64,000 bases of DNA from Sphyrna mokarran. Its lineage: Eukaryota. The first letter of the stretch is position 1; every line of letters starts with the position of its first letter. The position numbers and the translations under genes are program-made. Shown here one piece after another: positions 52,356 to 63,345 of this stretch. The notes under the pieces were generated by a model. The model did not search any database. It saw only the letters and a list, made by a program, of their open reading frames with translations, and had not been told where the DNA came from. Location: the NCBI GenBank assembly GCA_024679065.1, contig JAGIQG010000002.1, positions 134,416,001 through 134,480,000 of the forward strand. Direction: 5' to 3'.

Positions 52356-53805
52356 ATACTCAATAGTTGTTAAAGTAAATTTTCAATGCCAGAGAGGTTG
52401 CTTTGCAAGAATAACATGTCACCATTGTGTTAAAAATTAATTCAGATTTAAACCGACAAGCCCTAATACGTCATGGCTTATTCACTGGGTAGCTATTGGT
52501 CGACATGCAAATTCATAACCATCTAACAATGTAAGTGACAAGCCTCCTAGCCGGGTAGTGTTACAGTACAGCTTTTGGGGAAGCATGCAAACTCAGAAAG
52601 CAACCTTCTGATTTCCAAGTTTCACTCTGCATATGCAGGGCCAAAATTGCTGGCCGATTTAATCCGTAATCTAAGACAAAATCCAGCTCAACAGCGTGTA
52701 TACTGATAAACTGAGGACGTGACAGAAACACACGTGTGCACACACAAAAAAAATGAAATGCAATTTGTTCCTAGTCCACCAACACCATTCATGACATCTT
52801 ATAAAGAACACTGACTAATATATAAGTGAACTCAATGCATTCATGTGAAGATAGAAAGAGGAAAAATGCCTGGATCATAATACAAAGGCAATGCAGCAAA
52901 GCACAGAAGGCAAGCACACAGCTGCTAGTCAAACACTCCAGCATAACTTTTCTTCATTTAAAAAGATCAGTGTTTGTCCTCTGTGTAAAATACAGATTTT
53001 TTTTATATTATGTACAATATACACATATGTTAACACTTTGAATTATATTCCAAAAACATTTCCAATTCGATAGCTTGCTCAGCTTTAAGATCCAGAAGAG
53101 AATTCTCAAGCTTTCAGAAGCCAAGTTTTGCTCTGGCACAGCTGCCGGCTTTGCAATTTCACTCATAGCATCTATTACTCTAGTTTTGGTTAAAACCGTC
53201 TCCTTGGCAACATATAAGAGCTTTTTTTTGTGACCTACAACAGATTTTTTCAAAAAAACCTGGAAAAGAAAGCGGGCTATCCAAATGCAGAATTTATACA
53301 AGTGATGATAGCTAGAGTGGTATGCATTAATAACGTGTTCTAGCCCACAAAGATCAACTTGACACAAGACACAAGCGCCAGGAACTTTCACAAATGTAGG
53401 TTCACTTGGAGTTCACTTTTTCCATTATATTACCCACTGTCATTTGACTCTAGAATGGACTTAAGTAGCAAGGAAATGCAATTCCTCATTTCTGACTTCA
53501 TCATGTTAAACTCTCTCCAGCACTGAATTAACCACCCAAGACTTGGATCGTTCGAGTGGTTACACTGGTTTAAAGGCACAAGAAAAATAGGTACGAGATT
53601 AATTTGCTCTCGTATCTTTTCTTGTAAATTGACCGGTTGACTCTGAATCCAATTCACAATGTTGAAAAGACAAAGATTAAAATTGCAGATTTCAATGAAT
53701 TAAAAATGCTAACACTTTGCTCATCAGTTAAGCATGCTGCAATTCAAATCGGGCCAACACTCAAGTCGCACAAGATGTAAGTTGAAATATTGTATGCAGT
53801 ATCCA

Positions 53806-53820
53806 CCACAAGGTGGCAGT
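53806..53820 (+). promoter_or_regulatory. Candidate CTCF-binding core motif
   Basis: CCACAAGGTGGCAGT fits CCAC-N-AGRKGGCRS, in non-repeat intron sequence. Motif match only. Confidence 0.45.
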
Positions 53821-54339
53821 GAGATATCAAATTTGTTTTGCCGATATCATGGAATAACAAATAGAAGATGATGAGATGCTGCATCAAAAATGTTGCAGAA
53901 ACGGAGACCATACTTGATGGGACCTGACATATTTTATATGTCGAAATCCACTTTGGTATACAAATTTGATCTGTGCAGACTACATGCCAACATCACAATA
54001 TAAAACTCTACAAACTAGTCTGTGCAAACTGCATCTGTTTATGAAATTCTGACATATGGATCTGCTATAATCTGCAAAAAATATCCAAACTAAAGCAGTA
54101 CTTAAGTAGATAGATCAGTTTAAGTGGCGGAAATTATAAAAGATAATAATGTAGATAAATAACATTTGCTTTTCTTGGAGCAAGAACATCGTACATGAAG
54201 ACATGAAAGTGTCTTAAAATGAAAATAAAACTGCCAATCACCTTTATTTTACATTATTGTTGGGACACTGGGTGGTGGATTTTATATGAACAGCACACCA
54301 ATCAATACACACACAGTGCAAGAAAATGGCTTGCACTAT

Positions 54340-55880
54340 GGTGGTCAACTTTGTGTTAAGTGTCACTTAGTGTGGCTCTGGAGTTCCATCCTGGCATTGC
54401 AACTTCTGCCACATTTATTGCAGAGGACAGTGGGCTGAGAAGGGACAAAATCTGCTGACCTCTATTTTCTCTGACGACTCTTCTCAGCCAGCTCAGCTTG
54501 TCATACACAGTCGTTCTTCCAATACCCTTCTGAATAGTTAGCCTCCAGAAATCAAGGCAGTCAGTGACTGTCTTGCAGCTATCCACGTTGATATCCATCA
54601 TCTTCGTTTTTTGCTTGGAGATATCTTTGTAAGGGATGCCAAGGAGATGACAACCCAGTGTCCAGTTCACCATACATAACAATTTTAGGTGTATGGCTAT
54701 CATCATCTTGATGAATGTGGCTTAGCCAATACTGACATCGCTGCTTTAGAGACTAGTGCATTCTGATGGAACTGGCACATTCCAAGACCTTTGAGCTGGT
54801 GACCTTATCCTGCCAAAGAATGCTGAGGACATATCTGAGCCAGTGTAGATGAAAACTGTTGAGCTCTTTCTTCTGTCTACCATAGATTGCCCAGGTCTCA
54901 CCATGAGAGAAGAACACTGAGAATGCAAACTGGGTAGATGCTCAGTTGAGCATTCTCAGTCAGACTGCTGTCGTTCTGAACTCTCTTATCCAGTTTGGAT
55001 GTAATAACTACAGTTTTTGTGGTCTCTGTGTTAATTTCAGCATAAGTGACAGATTGCTGGTGATTGTGGAGTCTATATATGTGAAACTATCAATGACCTC
55101 TAACTCTAGTGCGGCCGCACTTGGAGTATTGTGTGCAGTTCTGGTCGCCACATTATAAGAAAGATGTGGAGGCATTGGAGAGGGTACAGAGGAGGTTTAC
55201 CAGGATGTTGCCTGGTATGGAGGGCAGGTCCTATGAAGAGAGGTTGAAGGATTTGAGGTTGTTTTCGTTAGAAAGGAGGCGGCTAAGAGGGGATCTTATT
55301 GAAGCATATAAGATGATTAGAGGTTTAGATAGGGTGGACAGTGATAGCCTTTTTCCTAGGATGGAGAAAGCTAGCACGAGGGGACACAGCTTTAAATTAA
55401 GGGGTATGAGTTATAGGACGGATATCAGAGGTAGGTTCTTTACTCAAAGAGTGATTAGGGAGTGGAATGCCCTGCCTGCAGCTGTTGTAGATGCGCCAAG
55501 TTTGGTGGCGTTTAAGAGGTTAATTGATAAGTATATGGAAGAGAAGGGAATGGTTTAGTTTGGAGGGGCATTGCTTTTTATTTTGGTCGGCACAACATCG
55601 AAGGCCGAAGGGCCTGTTCTGTGCTGTATTGTTCTATGTTCTATGTTCTATGTTCTATGTAACATTATCAACACCGACTGATGAAGCTACAACATCATCC
55701 TGGACCATGCCATTTGTCTTCCTGATGCTAAGTGTCAAAAAACTGTTTACAGATGGAAGTCCGTCCATTTGTCCCTTTGTATGAAATAATAGTACAAGAT
55801 TGTCAACATAGTCTGATTCTCTGACTTTGCTCACCTTTGTCTTGGATCTCAGGCAAGCAAGACCTGAGCTTTCTGTCAAT
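54340..55880 (-). mobile_element. RTE-clade LINE fragment interrupted by a CR1 (55103-55660)
   Basis: KTKVSKVRE..DNLVL..HT, LTLSIRKTN.M.QD, DNVT|LEVIDSFTY.DSTITSNLSL and YKD.SK..KMMDINVDS..WRL.IQKG match RTE ORF C-terminal motifs. Confidence 0.82.
55103..55660 (+). mobile_element. Young 5'-truncated CR1, same subfamily as 33922-35152
   Basis: Uninterrupted 149-aa ORF2 C-terminus nearly identical to that at 34595-35068. Tail of (GTTCTAT)4. Confidence 0.96.
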
Positions 55881-57906
55881 CTGTTACATAAGTGGACACC
55901 ATGAATGTATGATTATGAAAGCGTATGACAGCAACAAAGGAAAAGGGAGACCAATACACTACAATCTACAATATATCTTTAACCAAAAAGGAAGATGCAA
56001 TGTATATTTACTGCTAACACAGCCTTCTTAGGAAAAGCATTAGCAAAACCCTACTTTCACTGATGCAACTCTTGAAAATAACACGATTATACTTTCACAA
56101 GGTCATTGACAAATAGAGTGCAATCTTAACGCCCATTCACTCTACGTTCCTGCTGCATCAAAGACAGAGATTTTCCCATCCTGCTGGCACCAACGTTGGA
56201 AAATTGCAACCCTAACTCGATTCCACAACTGAGAACCTTACAATAAATATTACTATATAAAATTCATGATATAAAACATAGATAATTTACATGATTTTTT
56301 TATTCAACAATACCATTGAAAAAGAGATCAGTATGGATAACTCAGCATTGTAATTTTAGCAAGATAGTATTTAAACAAAAGGAAAAAAAATCAATGCAAT
56401 TGTTACACAATATAGCCAATAGCAAAGCTGAAGTGAAATATGTTATGGATGAAAACATACAATATCTTGAAAGTGAAGTAGTAAATTGGTTTAGCAGTAG
56501 CCTGGGATTACATTTCAGATAAGCATCAACCAGAACAAGGTTCACAAAACGTGAAGGTGAATGTAAACTTGGAATAACACATGAAATATAAGACTCCCTT
56601 TTATTTTTTTTTAAATTGAAAAGGCCACTTCACTAATAAAGTACCAGAAATACTGGCAAAAAAAATTAACTTTCAAGCTACTTTCTTCAGTCCATGTTCT
56701 ACGTAGCAGAGAATTTGAGATTTTAAATCTCAAATAACTTCTAAATGCATTAACTGCAATCAATGTTATGCCGTGATCTTTGAAGTTCATGAACTACAAT
56801 TTCCAGTGAAACTGACAACGTCGTCGTGAGAGAATATAGTTGCTTTGTAATACAATTGGGAAGAGGCTTTGTGTGACCACCAGCACAATAAACAAACATC
56901 ATCTGTTTTACTTTACAAAGTGTGTTCAATGACATGCAACTTTTCGTGAATTTAGTCAGAAAAACGGCAAAATATTAACAAGCAGAGGGGAAAGCAACAC
57001 TCTAAGTACATGGGGGAAACATCAGTGACAGAGGAATTTGTTTCAAAAGAAAAGATCAGATAAAGTCCTTTTGTAAGTTGCCAAGTCACCTTCCAACACA
57101 AGTAATTTTAATATTTGACTGGTGCTCATAATTAGTACTCTTCCTAAGTTTCCATATCAGAACTACTTTATGACATTGTAGCCTAACAACAACAACTTGC
57201 ACTTACCCAGCACTCATTCTTCCTGAAGACTCTCCATCATTGCCCTATTCGGTGGCACTACACTTGCCGGGCTGCATTCTTGTCTGCCTGTTTGGATCCA
57301 GAGAATCACCAGAAATGGATTCCTGCACAATTACATCTGGTGTCCCCACAAATATCTTCTCGAGTCCTTCCTGTTATTCATCACATGCTCCTCCTCACCA
57401 TCATTTACAAACATCAGCTTCTGTATGTACCTAACAGCATCAGCTCTAACTTGACCTTCTTTGCTGTCTCTGCTGGTATAACATTCAGTCTTCCACAAAA
57501 AGAAATTTCCTGCAATTAGTTGTTGGGAAGATCGAAGCCATTGGACCAGATTTGCACTACCAAGCTGGGTAGCTCGAGTTGGACCTGCTTTAATATAAAG
57601 TCCCCCAGTATTCTCATTCTGAAGAGGCACAGGCAGGATAGGGTTGGGCCCGTTGCCCCAGAAGCATCTGAAGGCAATCACAAGGATGGTTATGTGCTGA
57701 AGCAGTCTGGTTAAAAGGCCCACCTCACTTCTCCAAAATTTTATCTCAATTGTTTGGTTACACTCCACTTCCATACGATCTCCTAACCATGTTGCTTTAT
57801 TTATTCTCATACAGTGCTGTGCACCTCCACCCAATATATCTGTAACATTTCCAAGGATCATCTTTGCTATTGTTAGTTTTATTACAGCAAAGTCCCACAA
57901 ACATAA

Positions 57907-58060
57907 TCATAGAACCCCGACAGTGCAGAAGACAGCTAATCAGCCTATTAAGACTGCACCCACTACAATCCCATCATGCCCTATCCCCATTCATTTACCC
58001 TAATTCCCCTGACACTAACGGGTAATTTAATATGGCCGATCCACCTCATCTTTGGACTGT
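57907..58060 (-). mobile_element. HE1-like SINE 3' half
   Basis: CATAGAACCCCGACAGTGCAGAAG..CCCTGACACTAA..CATCTTTGGACTGTG, homologous to the 39.5 kb copy. Confidence 0.8.
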
Positions 58061-58408
58061 GTGAGTGCAATACTGCAATTATTTCGCAACAATGAAATGA
58101 TCTGGAAGGACAATGAATAGATACTGTGATGCATTTTTTCAAAACTGCTGGTTGAGGAATAACTATCACACATGACATCAGAAAATAGACTATTAATCTT
58201 TGAATAGTGACATGATGCAAATGATCACCTCAAGGAACAAATACAGCCTATATCTGAAGTCTCCTCTGAAAGTCAGAACCTCCATACTTTGCTGATGGTT
58301 TGGCCCATATTTAATAATGTGGAGATGCTGGCGTTGGACTGGGGTAAACACAGTAAGAAGTCTCACAACACCAGGTTAAAGTCCAACAGGTTTATTTAAT
58401 AGCACAAG

Positions 58409-58445
58409 TCACAAGCTTTCGGAGCGCTGCCCCTTCATCAGATGA
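58409..58445 (-). ncRNA. Minimal type I hammerhead ribozyme motif, core intact
   Basis: Minus strand reads TCAT-CTGATGA-A-GGGGC-AGC-GCTCC-GAA-AGCT-T-GTGA. Stem I TCAT/GTGA, stem II GGGGC/GCTCC, palindromic AGCT stem III, CUU cleavage triplet. Confidence 0.8.
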
Positions 58446-59040
58446 GTGGGAGTTCTATTCACAAACAGGGCATATAAGGGCACAAACTCAATTTATAAAA
58501 TAATGGTTAACATGCGAGTCTTTACAGGTAATCAAGTCTTAAAGGTACAGACAATAATAATGCACCCAAGATAAGGTATACCAGGGAGACCATGCAGACA
58601 CTAGAACAACGGATGAATGAAAACTGTTCAACCAGCACCAGGCAAGAGTGTTCTCTTCCTGTTGGGGAACACTTCAGTGGTCACGAGCATTCAGCATCTG
58701 ATCTTTGCGTAAACGTTTTCCAGGGCCTTCACGACACATGACAGAGTCGCTGAGCAGAGACTGACAGCCAAGTTTTGCACACACGAGGACTGGTCTCAAT
58801 CAGGATTTTGGGTTCATGGCACACTATCTGTAACTCCCACAACTTGCCTAGGCTTGCCTAATCTCAGTAACTGTCCCGGCTGGAGACAATACACATCTCT
58901 TTAACCTGTGCAACCCTCTCTCCACTCACATTGTCTGCATCTTTAAGACTTGATTGCCTGTAAAGAGTCGCATTCCAACCATTATTTTGTAAATTGAGTT
59001 TGTGATTTTATATGCTCTGTTTGTGAACAGAACTCTCACT

Positions 59041-59075
59041 TACCTGATGAAGGGGCAGTGCTCCGAAAGCTTGTG
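59041..59075 (+). ncRNA. Minimal type I hammerhead ribozyme motif, core intact
   Basis: TAC-CTGATGA-A-GGGGC-AGT-GCTCC-GAA-AGCT-T-GTG. Confidence 0.8.
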
Positions 59076-59732
59076 TGACCAAATAAACCTATTGGACTTT
59101 AACCTGATGTTGTGAGACTTCTTAACGATATTTTATAGCCATGACCTTCTATTTCAGAAGCAAGATTATCTTGAACCAAGTCAGCACAGGATAGTGGGAG
59201 GGATAGAGAGAGAGAGAAAGACAGCACAATTGAAAACAAATGCATGAAAGCAACCGATAGAGACACAATGGCTAGGTTTTGTGATTAGCAGGATGCTGAT
59301 CTCAGAGGAAGCTGCTCACAAAGATACAACCATCTCTGTGGCTGTCACCTCTCCCAACATTCATTTGAAACTTGCAACAAATCAAGGGAATTTCCAAGCA
59401 TCCAGCAACATCAAATAGGCAAATCATCAAAGAATTCTCACAGATAGTGAATCAGGAAGTAAAATGTACTGATTAGCTCTCACATTTTATAAATTATACA
59501 GAGAGCAAAATAAAATTTGAGCATACACATTAGAGGCTGAAATATCCTACTAAAGTTTAAGATTAAAAAACCATGGAATTTATCATATTGGAAGAACTTG
59601 GCATTACACAAACAAAGTTAGATTCTTACAGCTGGAAAGGTTTCTCAGCAGTTGCTGTGACTATAAACAGCAATAAAATCTCAGTTACACCTCATGAATA
59701 AGATGTACATTTTTCAGGGGTTTTCAACAAAA

Positions 59733-60368
59733 TCATAGAATCCCTGCAATGCAGAAGAGACCATTTGGCCTAGCAAGTCTGCACCAACTCTCTGACACAG
59801 TATCTTTCACAAGGCCTCTCTCCTGCTCTATTCCTGTAATCCCGTGCATTTACCATGGCTAATCCTATCTAACCTACGCATCTTGGGACACAGAGGCAAT
59901 TTCACAGGTCCAATCCATCTAAACTGCAATATTACAAATTACAAGGGGAGCTCTCATCAATTCAGTGATTTCTAATGTTCCCCATCTCATCGAATCCTAC
60001 AGGATTCACCTTTATCTTTGGGATAATGTAGAGATGCCGGCGTTGGACGCGGGTAAACTCAGTAAGAATCTGGCAACACCAATTTTAAATCCAACCGATT
60101 TATTTGGTAGTATTGCAGACCAGGACACTGCATTTGCCTGACGAAGACGAAAAAGTCAAAAGCTTGCAGATTTACTATCAAATAAATCGGTTGGATTTAA
60201 AATTGGTGTTGCCAGATTCTTACTGTGGAAGGGAACCACAGCACCTGGAGGAAATACACGCAGACAACGGGGAGAAAGTGCAAACTTCACACAGGTAGTG
60301 ACTCAAGCCGAGAATCAAACCTGCATCCCTGGTGATTTGAGGCTAATCACTGTGCCACCGTGCCGCCC
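59733..60368 (-). mobile_element. HE1/V-SINE-like SINE interrupted at about 59930-60222
   Basis: Tail at 59733 (CATAGAATCCCTGCAATGCAGAAG), head at 60368 (GGGCGGCACGGTGGCACAGTG on minus). The centre is split by a PLE hairpin and some unassigned sequence. Confidence 0.82.
60025..60225. mobile_element. Fold-back Penelope-like mini-element (type 3) with a hammerhead-like loop
   Basis: 53-bp arms (60060-60112 and 60173-60225) with one mismatch. The loop contains ATTTGC-CTGACGA-A-GAC-GAAAAA-GTC-AAA-AGCT-T-GCAGAT. Leader GAGATGCCGGCGTTGGAC is as in the 58.3 kb element. Confidence 0.85.
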
Positions 60369-62974
60369 TGGTCTGTTGGGATCTTCAACAGCAAAACCTT
60401 TGGAGGAGCAGGAAATTGTTGATAGCAACTTCTAGATTTCTGTATTTAATTGTGCATGGATTTGATCAGTGGCAGTGAAAGATACATGACATACAAAAGC
60501 AAGTTTACCAGGTCCATAAAAATAAGTGTTCTCCCAAATTTCTGAATTTTGATTCAGACTTTTAGATGCATCTTTCCTAGTATTAATTTTTGCAGTATTG
60601 GACTTCCACTGTTGTCAGACATGAAAGATGCTACATCAATTTAAATTTAGCTAGATGCTGTCACTTGCCCTCTTTTTCTAGCTCTCCACAAGAGACATGG
60701 AGTACTCAATGTCAAGAGTACAGCTACCAAAAGCAGCATTTACTGCCTGTTTCCTGCTGAGAAGAGGACACTGTAAATCCTGACTGGTGAGACCAAACAC
60801 TTTGAAAGCATTTCTCTAGGAACCAATTCTAGAAATAATCATTTCCAAATTTATTGCCACAGATTGTATAAATCTTATTACATATCAAAGCTTTACTTCC
60901 CCATTTTAGATCTAGATATTCCTAAGCAAACCAAAAGGAACTTTCTTAAAGACTTAAACTGCATTCAGTATCAAAATAAATCATTACTTAAAAGTAATGA
61001 GTTAATTCACTCTCTGATGACATTACCATATTCTGAACCAACGACCATGTATTGAGGTACTTTTAAGGATGGTATGAGACATAAAAAAGGATTTTTCTGT
61101 TAACTTTATGTTAAAGTTTACTGTTAGTTTTTTTTTCTATTTTAGCTATTGTGGGTGGTTTGCACTTGTGCGCTTGTTTTAACTGTAGCTTTTATTGGTC
61201 ATGCAATCCATTATCTGATGCAATTGCTTGGCATATGTGATTACTGTGGCGACATGTCTAGTTTTGTCATGTTGTGCTGAGTATGCCAGGAGATTGATGT
61301 CTTACACTAGAGACACAGATCTGTCATTTGTCAGCCAGATTTTCACAATACATTTGCTGTAACAGCTACCAAAACATTTGAGAAACTAAAACTTGCATAA
61401 TATTCATAAATGCTGAGCCAAAGAGCAATTATTCGCTTGTGGATTATTGTCTATCATAGCTAAAATGCAAATAAATGACCATAGTATTCAAAGGGATTAG
61501 ATGGTGTAACAGCAATCTTAGTGAAGAAACAATCTTTTCTTGTACATTCCAATTACCAAGGATTTCTACTTTGGTTGGTTTGCAAGTACTGCTGTTTTTA
61601 ATGTTAGAAAATTTCTATTACTGATACCACCAATGTATTACATTTGCTGACATGATGAAGAAGTTAAAAACATAAATCATTAGAAATAGTGCGAGTTAAC
61701 AAAAAGTTGCCCCCTACAAAACATATTTGTTGAGCTATTTTGGATATTTTTTAAAAAACTGTATTTTGGTGCAAAGAGGTACCAATACATTTTGCTCTTT
61801 GTGATTTAATAAGTTAAGCTTTTGTTTGTAAATTCATCCCAAAAATAGATATATACAGTTGTCATGTATGGATTTAGTACATAGTTATTCAGACAGTTTT
61901 AAAACGGGGCATAATTTCTTTTAAACTATGAATATCTTTACTCATCATCACTTATCTCCTGGCTTTCAAGTAGAAATTTAAATAGACATGCCCTATTATT
62001 GTGTTCTTCCAAGATCCTCCTGCTGTTCTGTAATTGTGATAAGTAATTCAGTACAGACAATAGTTTGGATAGCACCAGCACAGGGAATTATTAGTTAGAA
62101 GCAGCACTCTATACTAGCATTAGTCCATCTTTTTTGGACAGCAGTTGAATGGTTAAATTGGCATACAAAGATTTGTAAATGGTCTACATATATCTGCAAA
62201 TTTATATTTCAGATCTCATATCCTTCATTGATGTATCTTATTTGAAACCCTCGGAGTCAACAGCATTTTGGATTTCTGATTTTGTTTTTTGGATATTGCA
62301 TATAAGCCTACGCTTACTCGCATTCCAATGGTTGAAGCCAATGCTAAGTATCGTCTAAAAAGTTAACAAAATGGCCAGAAAAGTAACATGCAATACTGAA
62401 CATTAAATACAGGATACCTGTAATAAACTCCCACCCATGGCACCATCTATGATTCTTGTAGGAGAGAGTTCACAAGGTAAACAGTGAAACAACTAGATTT
62501 CCTGCACTAAAGGTCGGGTGTAGTGGATGAAATTTGTGCCAACTTGGATCAGAGACTTCCCAATCTAAAGGTTGATGAGTTTCAAAGAAAGTGCATTTTT
62601 TGGATGTGTTCAGTTTTTTGATTTACAGATAAAGGATATTCAAGCTATATCCTTGACTGAAACACAACATTCTTCAGCTATCCATTGTTTGTTTATCAGG
62701 ATTCAAATTTAATCATTCAGTTAATATTAGGAGATAGAGTAATGAAACAGTGTTGTTAGGCATTTTTTGCTTCTATTCCGAGAGTAATTTCTTCTCCTTA
62801 TCTACCATATTCAAATAATAGAGATGAGACCTCATTAGGTCTGCCTAATCTGACTTGAATTTATATTACTTTCAATGGTGACTGGCAATCATTTATGTGA
62901 AACACACATTTTAGGTAGATTCATACAACAGAAAGTTTCAGATGATCTAGATGGAGAACCTGGAGCATAGAACA

Positions 62975-63345
62975 GAGAGGTGACTTGATCAAAGTATACT
63001 ACATCCTGAATGATCTTGACAAGGTGAACATGAAAAGGATCTTCTCTCTTGTGGGCAAATCTAGAAATAGGGGACAGTGTTTTAAAATTAGGGGTTGCCC
63101 TTTAAGATGTAGATGAGAAGAATATTTTTCTTTCAGAAGGTTATGCAATTTTGGAACTCTCTGCCTCAGAGACGGGATCATTGAATTTTTTTTAAGGGCA
63201 GAGGTAGATGGACTCCTTTTCTGAACAAGAATCTAAGGTTATCAGGGAGTAAATGGAAAGGTGGAATTTGAAACATAAACAGATCAGTCATGATATTTTT
63301 GAATGGTGCAGTGAACTTGAAAGGTCTCCTACTTCTCATGTTCGT
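62975..63345 (+). mobile_element. CR1 LINE 3' fragment
   Basis: RGDLIKVYYILNDLDKVNMKR remnant, TTTCAGAAGGTTATGCAATTTTGGAACTCTCTGCC, and tail CTTCTCATGTTCGTAT. Confidence 0.8.

Larger units (their letters stand above)
58313..59124 (+). mobile_element. Penelope-like retroelement: GIY-YIG endonuclease remnant between inverted pseudo-LTRs
   Basis: 58573-58833 reads YTRETMQTLEQRMNE...LPVGEHFSGHEHSASDL...EQRL.AKF.THE.GLNQDFGFMAHYL*, matching the YIGET..L..R..H and GLN motifs of the PLE GIY-YIG domain. About 200-nt inverted arms at 58352-58555 and 58929-59124. Possible TSD ATATTT. Confidence 0.92.
57185..59190 (-). mobile_element. Ancient DeuSINE-like (SacSINE1/AmnSINE1-related) element hosting several later insertions
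   Basis: Collinear remnants: AACAACAACTTGCA tail (57185), ACAGCAAAGTCCCACAAACA (57883), GGTTGAGGAATAA..CTTTGAATAGTGACATG..CTCTGAAAG..ACCTCC (58149-58283) and ATGACCTTCT..CAGAAGCAAGA (59141). Matched to a recalled consensus only. Confidence 0.55.

Noticed and set aside
6940-60368. tRNA genes suggested by A-box and B-box motifs
   Set aside because: All continue into SINE core and tail sequence and lack a full cloverleaf, so they are SINE heads.
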